This document shows, one piece after another, positions 1 through 8,989 of a DNA stretch of 64,000 nt. The position numbers and the translations under genes were made by a program. Below the pieces are notes generated by a model. It was not told the DNA's origin, searched no databases, and was given only the letters and a program-made list of their open reading frames with translations. Origin of the DNA: an uncultured Actinomycetes bacterium (GTDB lineage Bacteria > Actinomycetota > Thermoleophilia > UBA2241). Numbering within the stretch: position 1 is the first letter of the stretch; the number at the start of each line of letters is the position of its first letter. The stretch lies in the NCBI GenBank assembly GCA_963709345.1, contig CAVPVX010000004.1, positions 256,001-320,000 of the forward strand, in the 5' to 3' direction.

Positions 1-3000
1 CCGCCGCCTGGCTCCACCCGGAGGGTCCGCTGAACGTGGTCCGGGTGGGAGGGGGCGGGTACTCGGTGCTGACCAGGGACGCCCGCGGTCGTGCGCGCTA
101 CGACGCCAACGAACGCTGCTCGGCCGGCACCGGCGAGACCGTCGAGGGCCTTTGCGCGCGGCTCGGCCGCTCGCTGGACGAGGCGGTGGCGCTTGCCGAA
201 GCGAGCCCGAACGGAGTGACCGTGACGAGCCGTTGCGCCGTGTTCGCGAAGAGCGAGCTCACGCACTTCGCGAATCAGGGAGAACCCCATGGGCGCATCT
301 TCAAGGGGCTGTTCGCCGGCGTTGCTCGCAACGTCCACAGCCTGTACGACAAGAGCAAGGTGGACGGGCCTGTACTCCTGGTCGGGCACGGGGCACTCAT
401 CGGCCCGATCGCAGCCGGTGTGGCGGAGCTGAGCGACGCCCCCGTCGAGGTGTCGGAGCACGCCGCCGTGTTCGAGGCTCTCGGTGCGCTGCGGTTGGCG
501 TCGCGGCAGGGCTCCGAGCCGTGGTCCTCCGCGGCGTGGCGGGACGGCGGGGGCGCAGAGACGCCGGCCGCCGGCAGGCTCGCCGGCTTTCCCGCCGACG
601 CCGCCGAGCTCGTACGCCCGGTGCGCAGTCGCATCGCCCGCTTGCAGCCGGCGCGCGAGGGGCCGGGCGAGGTCGTCCGGCTCGACTCCGGCGAGGACGC
701 CGGGGTTCCTTCAGGAGCGCCGGCGGTGCTCGGTCTCGATCTCGGCTCGACGGGGTCCAAGGCCGCGCTCCTCGACCTGGCCTCCGGCTCGGTGCTCGCC
801 AGTGTCTACCGGCGCACCGAGGGCAACCCCGTCGAGGCGGCGCAAGCCCTGGTCGCCGAGGTGGCGGAGATGGTCCCGAGCCCGGTCGTCGCCGTGGGCT
901 TCACCGGGTCCGGGCGCGACGCGGCCGCCACCGTCTTTCGCGCCGCATACCCCGGCCGTGCGGCGCGCCTGACCGTGCAGAACGAGATCGTCGCTCACGC
1001 GGTCGCCGCCGCCGCGCTCGACCCGGACGGCGGGCGCAGTCTCTCGATCGTGGAGATAGGTGGTCAGGACGCGAAGTTCATCAACATGGAGAACGGACGC
1101 GTCGTCGACGCCGACATGAATCGCGTCTGCAGCGCCGGCACGGGCTCGTTCCTCGAGGAGCAGGCACTCGCTCACGGCGTCGACGACATCACGGAGTTCG
1201 GCCGTGGCGCGGCGCGCAGCGACGGCCCCCCGGACCTCGGTCAGACGTGCACCGTCTTCGTCGCCGATGTGGCGGCGGAAGCGCTCGGTGACGGATACGA
1301 CCGGGACGACATCTTCGCCGGCCTCCAGTACTCCGTGGTTCGCAACTATCGCAGCCGCGTGATGGGCCAGCGCCGGCTGCTCGACCGGGTGTTCTTCCAG
1401 GGCAAGCCGGCCACCGACCCCGCCTTGGCGCGCACGCTGGCGGCGGTGCTTGAGCGGGAGGTCGTCGTGCCCGCCGACCCGGGCGCGATGGGCGCCGTCG
1501 GTATCGCCGTGCTGGCGGGACGAGCGCTCGCCGAGCCGGATGCGGAGCCGACCGCCGCCTTCGACCTGTCGCGCGTTCTGGAGGCACGCGTCGCCGGGCG
1601 CCGCGAGTTCCAATGCAAGGATCGGGACTGCCGCAATCTGTGTCACCTGGAGCTCGCCGAGATCGACGTCGACGGCGTCCGCGAGAAGATCGTGAGCGGG
1701 GGCCAGTGCCCGAAGTACGACGCGGTCTCTGCGGCGGGCGAGAAGCTGCCCAAAGACGCGCCGAGCCCCTATCGCGAGCGGGAGGTATTGCTGGGCGATC
1801 TGCTGGCGGAGGCGGCTGCGGGCGGCAGTACGCCCGACGGCCCGGCGCCCGCTCCGGGCGGCTCCGGGGGAGACGCGTCTTCTTTCGCGGAAGCGACGTC
1901 CGCCGGCCCGGTCCTCGGTCTGCCCTACGCGCACTACCTGATCGACACGCTTCCCTTCTTCGCCACGCTCTTCGGTCGCCTGGGGCATCGGGTCGAAGTG
2001 TTGCGGCCCGGCCGTGACACGCTGGCCGACGGCGACCGGCGTTGCGCTGCGCCCGGAGCCTGTGCCCCGGTGAAACTGCTGCATGGGCTCGCCGGCGCGG
2101 ACGTTGCCACTCTTGTGGCGCCGATCTTCGTGCACCTTCCCCTGCCTAACGCCGGCTCCCAGACGTACACCTGTCCCATGGCGCAGGGCGCTCCGGACAT
2201 GGCCGCCCGGGCGCTTGTCGCCGAGGGCTCAGCGACCCGCGTGCTCCGGCCGGTGCTCTTCGAGAAGGAGGGTGACGACTTCGGGTCGCCGCGCGCGCGC
2301 CGGGCCCTCGAAGCCGCGGCGCAGGCGCTGGCCGACGCCGCCGGGGGCGCACCGCCGGGAGCAGCCTTCGGCGACGCGTACGAGGCGGCGCTCGACGCCC
2401 AGCGTCGGTTCGAGGTCGGGCTGCGGGAGATCGGCGAACGAGCTGTCGAATGGGCGCGGGCGCACGACTTCCCGGTGGTGATGATCGTCGGCGAGACGCA
2501 CGTGCTCCACGACGCGGTGCTCGACGCCGGGATCCACGAGTTGGTGGCCGGCAACGGCGCCGTGCCACTCCCTGTCGACTGCTACCCGACACCGGCAGAC
2601 GTGCCCGGGCTGAGCAGGGTCCACTGGGCGAGCGCCGGCCAGGCGCTGCGCGCCACGCTCGCCGGCGTCGCCGCGGGCGGCGTCTACCCCCTCTTGCTGG
2701 GCGCCTACGGGTGTGGCCCCAACTCGATGATCGAGCACCTGTTCACCGATCTCACGGAGGACTGGCCGCACGCCGTCCTCGAGAGTGACGGTCACGGCGG
2801 CAAGGCTGGGTACGTCACGCGCGTGCAGGCATTCCTCCACAGCGTGCGAGGCTGGCGGGACGCGGCCGCGGACGGAGGCGCCGGTGAGACCGCAACCCCC
2901 AGGACTGCGGCGCCTGCCGCGGCCCCCGAACGTCCGGCGGCGCGGGCGACGGCGGACGCCGACTTGCCGGCGCGCCTCGCGCGCCTGGACCGGCGGCTGC

Positions 3001-4241
3001 CGCACAGTCTCGACGCAGGGTACGACCGCTTCATCTTCGGCCACGTAGGCGGCGGCCTCGGCCGGCATCTGGCCGCGGCGATGCGCGGCGGCGGCTACGA
3101 CGCCACCTACGTCGGCGAGCCCGACGCCGCCGCCCTCCGCGCCGCCGGAGCCGCGTGCTCGGGCAAGGAGTGCCTGCCCTACCAGCTCATCTGGGGCACC
3201 TTTGCGCGCTTTCTTGAAGAGGAGGCGCCCAGCCTGGACGGCGGCCGCGCCCTCTTCCTGAGCGCCGGCAACGGATTCCAGGCCTGTCGTGCCAACCTCT
3301 TCCCGCTGACCGAACAGATCTCGCTTGACCGCTTGGGTCTCGGCGACAGGGTGGAGGTGGCCGACTTCAGTCTCGTGACGACGAACGTTCGCATGATGCC
3401 GGTCACCTGGGCGGCGCTCGTGGCCGTGGACCTGCTCAACATGCTGCGCTTCCACAGCTACGCGGACGAAGCGCAGCGGGGATCCGCCGACAGACTCTTC
3501 GCCGCCTATTCGGCCCGGCTCGAGCGGCTGCTCGAGGAGCCGCGGCCCGACGCCGGCATCGCCGGCAACGTCACCGCGGCCTTCCGCTTCTGCGGCGAGG
3601 TCGAATCCCTGCTCGCCGACGCGGCGCGGGACTTCGCCGAGGAGCCGCGAGATGCCGCGCGCACCGCCGGCCTGCGCGACGTCTACCTGTGTGGCGATCT
3701 CTACCTGCGCGTCGACGAGTGGGGCAACGACGATCTCCAGCGCAAGCTTGCCGACCACGGCATTCGCGTCATCTTCGAGCCGTACGGCGCCTTCTTCGAG
3801 CTCCTCCAGTTGCGCCAGATCCAGGACGGCGTGCCCTGGCGCAAGCGGCCCGAGAAGGAAGCGACGCTGGCGACGATGCGATACATCGTCCAGCGGCTGA
3901 CCCGCGCGGTTCAGACCCGGCATCCCTGGGTCTTCTGGAACGACATACGCACGGTCGCGCGTGAGAGTCGCCGTCTGCTCGCGCCGTACCCCTTCGGGGA
4001 AAGCATCCCGGCGGTCGGCGGGGCGTTGCTCACCTGGCGAACGCAGCCGGTCGACGGCGTCGTCTCGGTGGCGCCGCGCGGGTGCGGGCCGGCTCTGATC
4101 GCCGAAGCGCAGCTTCGGCGCGAGACCGGCCTGCCGGCCCTGTTCGTCTACAACGACGGCGATCCCATAGATGAGGCCCGGCTCGCCGGTTTCGCCTGGC
4201 GGCTGCGCGCGCGTCCGGCCCGGCGCCGGGCGTCGGAGTAG
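1..4241 (+). CDS. Fused 2-hydroxyacyl-CoA dehydratase activase (two BadF/BadG/BcrA/BcrD ASKHA ATPase modules + DUF2229/dehydratase-like C-terminus), 5' end outside window
   Basis: Frame is open from the window edge (AAWLHPEGPLN...). Motifs: NERCSAGTG, RCAVFAKSE, GLDLGSTGSK, EIGGQDAK, RVCSAGTGSFLEEQA, CTVF, CxxCxxxC, GCGPNS, ESDGHG. Confidence 0.85.
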   Translation, partial: AAWLHPEGPLNVVRVGGGGYSVLTRDARGRARYDANERCSAGTGETVEGLCARLGRSLDEAVALAEASPNGVTVTSRCAVFAKSELTHFANQGEPHGRIFKGLFAGVARNVHSLYDKSKVDGPVLLVGHGALIGPIAAGVAELSDAPVEVSEHAAVFEALGALRLASRQGSEPWSSAAWRDGGGAETPAAGRLAGFPADAAELVRPVRSRIARLQPAREGPGEVVRLDSGEDAGVPSGAPAVLGLDLGSTGSKAALLDLASGSVLASVYRRTEGNPVEAAQALVAEVAEMVPSPVVAVGFTGSGRDAAATVFRAAYPGRAARLTVQNEIVAHAVAAAALDPDGGRSLSIVEIGGQDAKFINMENGRVVDADMNRVCSAGTGSFLEEQALAHGVDDITEFGRGAARSDGPPDLGQTCTVFVADVAAEALGDGYDRDDIFAGLQYSVVRNYRSRVMGQRRLLDRVFFQGKPATDPALARTLAAVLEREVVVPADPGAMGAVGIAVLAGRALAEPDAEPTAAFDLSRVLEARVAGRREFQCKDRDCRNLCHLELAEIDVDGVREKIVSGGQCPKYDAVSAAGEKLPKDAPSPYREREVLLGDLLAEAAAGGSTPDGPAPAPGGSGGDASSFAEATSAGPVLGLPYAHYLIDTLPFFATLFGRLGHRVEVLRPGRDTLADGDRRCAAPGACAPVKLLHGLAGADVATLVAPIFVHLPLPNAGSQTYTCPMAQGAPDMAARALVAEGSATRVLRPVLFEKEGDDFGSPRARRALEAAAQALADAAGGAPPGAAFGDAYEAALDAQRRFEVGLREIGERAVEWARAHDFPVVMIVGETHVLHDAVLDAGIHELVAGNGAVPLPVDCYPTPADVPGLSRVHWASAGQALRATLAGVAAGGVYPLLLGAYGCGPNSMIEHLFTDLTEDWPHAVLESDGHGGKAGYVTRVQAFLHSVRGWRDAAADGGAGETATPRTAAPAAAPERPAARATADADLPARLARLDRRLPHSLDAGYDRFIFGHVGGGLGRHLAAAMRGGGYDATYVGEPDAAALRAAGAACSGKECLPYQLIWGTFARFLEEEAPSLDGGRALFLSAGNGFQACRANLFPLTEQISLDRLGLGDRVEVADFSLVTTNVRMMPVTWAALVAVDLLNMLRFHSYADEAQRGSADRLFAAYSARLERLLEEPRPDAGIAGNVTAAFRFCGEVESLLADAARDFAEEPRDAARTAGLRDVYLCGDLYLRVDEWGNDDLQRKLADHGIRVIFEPYGAFFELLQLRQIQDGVPWRKRPEKEATLATMRYIVQRLTRAVQTRHPWVFWNDIRTVARESRRLLAPYPFGESIPAVGGALLTWRTQPVDGVVSVAPRGCGPALIAEAQLRRETGLPALFVYNDGDPIDEARLAGFAWRLRARPARRRASE

Positions 4242-4378
4242 GTCGAAGAGATCTTCTCCCGTGCTCGCCACCGCCCACCTTTCCGGCCTGCCCGCGCCCG
4301 GTGTGAGTGGAGGCTCAATCGGGCAGACTCCCGGGTACCGTCGCAGGGGGCGGCGCCAGTCGATCAAAGGGGTGGTTC

Positions 4379-4870
4379 GTGGCTCGCATGCTGATGATCC
4401 TCACGTACGTAACCGGCGCCGTGGGTGTGGCGGTGGCCTTCTACTATTTGGGAGACGACGACAAGGCCGCGCTCACCGCGCTCACCCTTGCGTACGCGGT
4501 CGTCATTGGCCTGTTGAGCTGGTTCCGCCACGTCCTCGCGTGGCGGGAGGACGCCAAGCGCCTGGATGCGGACACGCAGGCGACGCCGTTCTTCCAGTGG
4601 GAGGTGGGCTTCGCCAATGGCGCCTTTGCCGTGGCCGGCCTCATGGCGGTCGTCTTCCACTGGGGAGTCGCCGCCATGGCGGCGGTGGTTCTGGGATACG
4701 CGGTCTATCTGCTGCAGGCGGCGGTCCTGAACGGGCGCCGCTACTTCAGCGGCGAGAGTCGTACGCCGGCGCGACTGTGGGGCAGCTTCGTCGCCAACGC
4801 CGCGCTCTGCATCCTGGTGGGTGTGATCGCCTTCACCGCTCTCGCCAACGCCGGGCTCGGGCCGTTCTGA
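4379..4870 (+). CDS. Small multi-TM membrane protein (DUF6790-like)
   Basis: About 5 hydrophobic segments and an FQWEVGFAN motif. GTG at 4379 follows AAAGGGGG. Confidence 0.7.
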   Translation: MARMLMILTYVTGAVGVAVAFYYLGDDDKAALTALTLAYAVVIGLLSWFRHVLAWREDAKRLDADTQATPFFQWEVGFANGAFAVAGLMAVVFHWGVAAMAAVVLGYAVYLLQAAVLNGRRYFSGESRTPARLWGSFVANAALCILVGVIAFTALANAGLGPF

Positions 4871-4904
4871 GCCTGGGGTACGGGCAGGCGCGTCCGGCGC
4901 TTGA

Positions 4905-5250
4905 CTAGATAGCCTGTACCGGCCTCTCCCCGCGGAGCCGCTCACCGAGCGCCGACGCGGCGTCTTCCACGGCCGTCGGGCCTTCACATCCCGCGGGCAC
5001 CCGGAAAGCCGCCAAGAGGGCCGCGCCGAGCAGACCGGCTCTCGCGATGGTGAGGAACGAGCCGCGACCACCGAGCGTGTCGAGCGCCCACCCTCCGAGC
5101 GGCGGGCCGAGGGCATAGCCGCCCGTGCACATGAGGGTCCAGAGGCCCATGTAGCGGCCGCGCATGGTCGTCGGGGCCAGACTCGAAGCCAAGGTCGCGG
5201 AGATGGGGATCGGCAGCACGATACCGAAGCTGAGGGTGACGACGCAGGCC
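4905..5250 (-). pseudogene. C-terminal remnant of an MFS transporter
   Basis: LAPTTMRGRYMGLW...GYALGPPLGGWALD matches the last MFS helices. The upstream part of the ORF is not hydrophobic and does not look coding. Confidence 0.65.
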
Positions 5251-5538
5251 GGCGTCCAGGGCCGGGGGGCGGCGGCGGCGCCCGAGCCTGTCGCAGCGCG
5301 CGCCGCCGACCACCTGCATCGGGAGTGTCGCGACAGACCGCGAAGATCGGTCATGACGCCTGCGATGGACCCTCGCGGCACGGTGCGTCCCCCTCCCGCA
5401 TGCGTGCGCCGACTCATGGTAGCCGCCGCCGGCTTGCCGGGCGACTCCCGCGGCGGGGCAGGCGACGACGGTGGCGGTTCCGTCGACGGCGTGCAGGGAA
5501 GGCTGGCGCCAGAGACGTTCGCACGAGGGAGGCTGAGG

Positions 5539-6471
5539 ATGAGCTACGAAGCACGCGGGGTCGAGCGCGTCGTCGAACCCCAGCCCGTGATGGAGGGCGC
5601 CGGGGTCCGCCTCAAGCGGAGCATCGCGACAGCGGCGCTCGACTACGTCGACCCGTTCCTCCTGTTCGACCACTTCGGCTCCGACGACCCGGACGACTAC
5701 CTGGCCGGCTTTCCATGGCACCCGCACCGCGGCATCGAGACCGTGACCTACATGCTGGCCGGCGAGGTCGATCACCGGGACAGCATCGGCAACGCCGGCA
5801 GGATAGGTCCCGGCGACGTGCAGTGGATGACGGCCGGCGGGGGCATCATGCACGAGGAGATGCCGCGGCCGGGCCCGGACCGGCGCATGGGCGGCTTCCA
5901 GCTCTGGGTGAACCTGCCCGCCGCGCTCAAGATGACCCGGCCGCGGTACCAGGACCTCGCCGCCGCGCAGATCCCTGAGGTCCGGAGGGACGACGGGACC
6001 GTCGTGCGCGTCGTCGCCGGCGCCGTGGACGGCGTGCGCGGCGCGGTGACGGGGATCCACGCCGAGCCCGAGTATCTGGATGTCTCTGTGCCGGCCGGGG
6101 CGGCGTTCGCCCAACCCGTGCCACGCGGGCACGTGGCTCTCGCCTACGCCTTCGAGGGCGAGGGGCGCTTCGGTACGGGCTGCGACCTCGGTCATCGCGG
6201 CGACCTCGATGGGGATCTGCTGATCGCCCCCCGCCTGGCCGTCTTCGGCGACGGCGACGAGGTCCGCGTGGCGGCCGACACCGGCCCGGTGCGGTTTCTG
6301 CTGATCAGCGGGAGGCCTTTGGGAGAGCCGATCGCCCGCTACGGCCCGTTCGTGATGAACACGCGCACGGAGATCGAGACGGCGCTGAAAGACCTGCGCA
6401 GCAACACCTTCGTCTGGCGCGACGACCCGGTGTGGGCGCTCGAGCGAAGCACGCGGCGGGTCGACGGCTGA
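5539..6471 (+). CDS. Pirin family protein
   Basis: DPFLLFDHF, GFPWHPHRGIETVTY, WMTAGGGIMHEE, FQLWVNLP, YGPFVMNT. RBS GGGAGG before ATG 5539. Confidence 0.93.
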   Translation: MSYEARGVERVVEPQPVMEGAGVRLKRSIATAALDYVDPFLLFDHFGSDDPDDYLAGFPWHPHRGIETVTYMLAGEVDHRDSIGNAGRIGPGDVQWMTAGGGIMHEEMPRPGPDRRMGGFQLWVNLPAALKMTRPRYQDLAAAQIPEVRRDDGTVVRVVAGAVDGVRGAVTGIHAEPEYLDVSVPAGAAFAQPVPRGHVALAYAFEGEGRFGTGCDLGHRGDLDGDLLIAPRLAVFGDGDEVRVAADTGPVRFLLISGRPLGEPIARYGPFVMNTRTEIETALKDLRSNTFVWRDDPVWALERSTRRVDG

Positions 6472-6574
6472 CGGAGCCGATGAGAGCGCCGCTGCGGCCC
6501 AGGGCCGGAGCCCGGCGAGGCGGTGCCTGTCGCCCGTCGATCCGGCGGCGGCGACCGCTCGAGATAGAGGCTCG

Positions 6575-6710
6575 CGTCGCGCAGGACCAGTTCGGCGACC
6601 ACCGGCCAGTGATCGGACGGCAGGCGGCTGCCGGGACGCGTGTGTCGATGTGTGCGCAGAGCACCCGCCAGTGGGGCGTCACAAGGATGTGGTCCGATGC
6701 GCGTCCCTGC
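6575..6710 (-). pseudogene. Frameshifted C-terminal remnant of an endonuclease/exonuclease/phosphatase (EEP) family gene
   Basis: Across frameshifts it reads (RI)DHILVT...RVLCAHIDT...RLPSDHWPVVAELVL, the EEP IDH and SDH.P.V motifs. Confidence 0.6.
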
Positions 6711-6759
6711 GGCTGCGCAGGCCTGAGTCGCGCCTCCTGACGGTCTCCCGCCGCCCGAT

Positions 6760-7191
6760 TCACGTCGGGAAGTGGTCCGTGTACGAGGCCGTCCCGCTCC
6801 GTTCGCTCGGGTTCTCGCCGGCCGGTCGATGCCGGGCGCGGCCCTCGGCAGCCGCCATCACCCTCTCCTCGTCCGGCGTCGGTCTCCCGATCTCGTTGCC
6901 GCTGCGCTCCACGTAGTCCTTGAAGATCACGAGGTCGTGTTCGAGCTGGCCCTCGAGGACATCCTCGGCGGGTCCGCCGGGCTCCGGCGCCAGGCTGAAG
7001 GTCACGGCCGTGAAGCCTGCCGCCGACGGCTCGAAGCTCACGAGTCCGGCGCGCACGGCATCGACACAGGCGAGCTCGTCGCAGGCCAGTCGGCTCGGGC
7101 CGTGATGCGCCCACTCGATGAATCGCGACCACGTCGCGGCCACCACCGACGGCGCTGCCAGGACTTCCATCTGTTTGCTGATGGTGGCCAT
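6760..7191 (-). CDS. Divergent SRPBCC/polyketide cyclase-like protein
   Basis: MATISKQMEVLAAPSVVAATWSRF...VSFEP...TAVTFSL...LEHDLVIFKDYVERSG follows the layout of actinobacterial SRPBCC cyclases, but is shortened. Confidence 0.55.
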   Translation of the reverse strand: MATISKQMEVLAAPSVVAATWSRFIEWAHHGPSRLACDELACVDAVRAGLVSFEPSAAGFTAVTFSLAPEPGGPAEDVLEGQLEHDLVIFKDYVERSGNEIGRPTPDEERVMAAAEGRARHRPAGENPSERSGTASYTDHFPT

Positions 7192-7240
7192 GGAGTCTCC
7201 GTTCCCTGCTTCCTTGTGAGGACATCCGTTCTTCATCTGA

Positions 7241-7267
7241 ATACCCCTAGGGGAATGCCGGGAATCC
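7241..7267 (-). promoter_or_regulatory. SigF/SigB-type promoter (GGATT-N16-GGGTAT) overlapping an ATACCCCTAGGGGAAT dyad
   Basis: The minus strand reads GGATT-cccggcattcccctag-GGGTAT about 50 nt upstream of the 6760-7191 gene. Confidence 0.5.
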
Positions 7268-7279
7268 TGCTCGCTGCAT

Positions 7280-7322
7280 CGAGCGGCGGCGGGGCGCCCG
7301 CCGGGCGCCCCGCCGCCGCTCG
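7280..7322. terminator. Perfect 20-bp GC hairpin downstream of the DUF1269 gene
   Basis: cgagcggcggcggggcgccc-gcc-gggcgccccgccgccgctcg. Confidence 0.65.
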
Positions 7323-7348
7323 TGATTCGTCTCGAGACGCGACGAGGC

Positions 7349-7855
7349 CTAGTTCGCCTCCTTCGCCGCCTCCTTGAGATGCTTCTGCAGATCCTTGCTC
7401 TCCATGTCGATCTCGCGCGTGACCTGCTTGCGGGCCTTCTTGAGCGCCTTCTCGACGTACGCCTGCATCGCCGACTCGCCGACCACGATCAGCGCCGCCT
7501 CGCCGTCGTCGATGAACTCGCCGAGTTCCATGACGTCCTTGCGCGACATGCCCTTCCACATGTGGCCGATCACGCCGCCGAGGAGGCCGCCCGCGGCCGC
7601 GCCGACGAGGAGACCTGGCGGGAAGATGATGCCGACCACGGCTCCGACCGCGACGCCCGTCCAGGCGCCGTGCTGGGTCGGCTTCTCATGCTTGTTCACG
7701 TGCACCTTGCCGTGCTCGTCCTTGGTGAGGACGGCGGCGTCGTAGGTGCCGATCATCTTTTCCTTGTGAAGCGCCTTGACGGCCTCGTAATCCTCCTGCG
7801 CGTCTTCAGGCGTGTCGTACGTCGCGATGTACAAGAAGACTGGTTCGTCTGCCAT
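7349..7855 (-). CDS. DUF1269 domain membrane protein
   Basis: DAAVLTKDEHGKVHV, glycine-zipper GAVVGIIFPPGLLVGAAAGGLLGG, GEAALIVV. RBS AAAGGAG. Confidence 0.85.
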   Translation of the reverse strand: MADEPVFLYIATYDTPEDAQEDYEAVKALHKEKMIGTYDAAVLTKDEHGKVHVNKHEKPTQHGAWTGVAVGAVVGIIFPPGLLVGAAAGGLLGGVIGHMWKGMSRKDVMELGEFIDDGEAALIVVGESAMQAYVEKALKKARKQVTREIDMESKDLQKHLKEAAKEAN

Positions 7856-8027
7856 GCATGACTCCTTTGTCTCCGGGCGGCCGCCGTCCGGCGGCCTCGT
7901 CCCGCTTGCCTGGTAGACCCGACCCTTCCCCTTCGACGATCGACTAACCGTGGCCGCCGTTGGTTTGGCCGCAGCCCATCCCGGCCACCGTACTGCCTGA
8001 GGGGGAGGAGGGACCGTCCGTCAGATC

Positions 8028-8981
8028 ATGAAGCGACCCGACGCTCAGCCGGCAGAGGAGAACACGATCGCGGTCGAAGCGATGCCCGCGCGGGCGCACG
8101 CGCCAGCGTCGGGATCACGCGTGCTGTTCCTCGGGCACGCGTCGACGGTCATCGAGATGGATGGCGTGCGCCTGGTCACCGATCCAGTGCTCCGGCGGCT
8201 CGTGGGCCCGCTCTACCGCCGCGTCCCGCAGCCGCTCAGGGAGCCGATGGTCGACCCCGACGCCATCCTCATCTCCCATCTGCACCTCGACCACTACGAT
8301 CCGCGGTCCTTGCGGCTCTTCCGTCGCGACACGCCGGTGCTGGCGCCGGTGGGCGCCGGGCTGTCACTGCACTGGCGAGGCTTTCGCTGCATCCACGAGG
8401 TCAGCCCCGGAGAACGACTGCGCATCGGCGCCGTCGAGGTGGTCGTGACCGATGCCCGGCATCGCGGCACGCGCCACCCCTTGGCGGCGCGGACGCCGAG
8501 TGTCGGCTACATCGTGACGGGGAGCCGGAGCGTCTACTTCGCCGGTGACACCGGCTTCTTCTCCGGCATCGCCGACGTCTGGCCGGAGCGCCTGGATCTG
8601 GCCATGCTGCCGATCGCCGGCATCGGGCCGCTCATGCCGGAGTTCAAGCACATGAGCCCGCGTCACGCGGTCATGGCCATGGAGTTGCTGCGCCCGCGTC
8701 TCGTGGTGCCGATCCACTGGGGGACCTACCATCTGCCCGGCACCGCCATCATGCGGATGCGCCCGGACTTTCACCGCCGGGCGCCGTACGTGTTCATGGC
8801 GCAGGCCGCGTCGCTCGAGCCGGACGTCCACACAGTGCTGCTCCGGCCAGGCGAGACTCTGCCGCTCGACGCAGTGCTCAGCAGCCACCCCGGACGCGTT
8901 GCCCGCGGCGCGCCCGTTGCGCCGCCGCCGCCGTCGGCGGCGGAGCTCGCCGGCCCCGGCGTCCCCGGCGGCGAGCTCTAG
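8028..8981 (+). CDS. MBL-fold metallo-hydrolase (UlaG/NAPE-PLD-like)
   Basis: FLGHAS, TDPVL, SHLHLDH, YFAGDTG, PIHWGT. RBS GGAGGAGG. Confidence 0.9.
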   Translation: MKRPDAQPAEENTIAVEAMPARAHAPASGSRVLFLGHASTVIEMDGVRLVTDPVLRRLVGPLYRRVPQPLREPMVDPDAILISHLHLDHYDPRSLRLFRRDTPVLAPVGAGLSLHWRGFRCIHEVSPGERLRIGAVEVVVTDARHRGTRHPLAARTPSVGYIVTGSRSVYFAGDTGFFSGIADVWPERLDLAMLPIAGIGPLMPEFKHMSPRHAVMAMELLRPRLVVPIHWGTYHLPGTAIMRMRPDFHRRAPYVFMAQAASLEPDVHTVLLRPGETLPLDAVLSSHPGRVARGAPVAPPPPSAAELAGPGVPGGEL

Positions 8982-8989
8982 CAGCGGTT

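Noticed and set aside
5490-5525. GGGAAGGC...GCCAGAGAC resembling the 3' end of a cobalamin riboswitch
   Set aside because: The upstream core elements (GGGAA-x-GGTG, GCCACTG) are absent, and pirin is an unlikely target.
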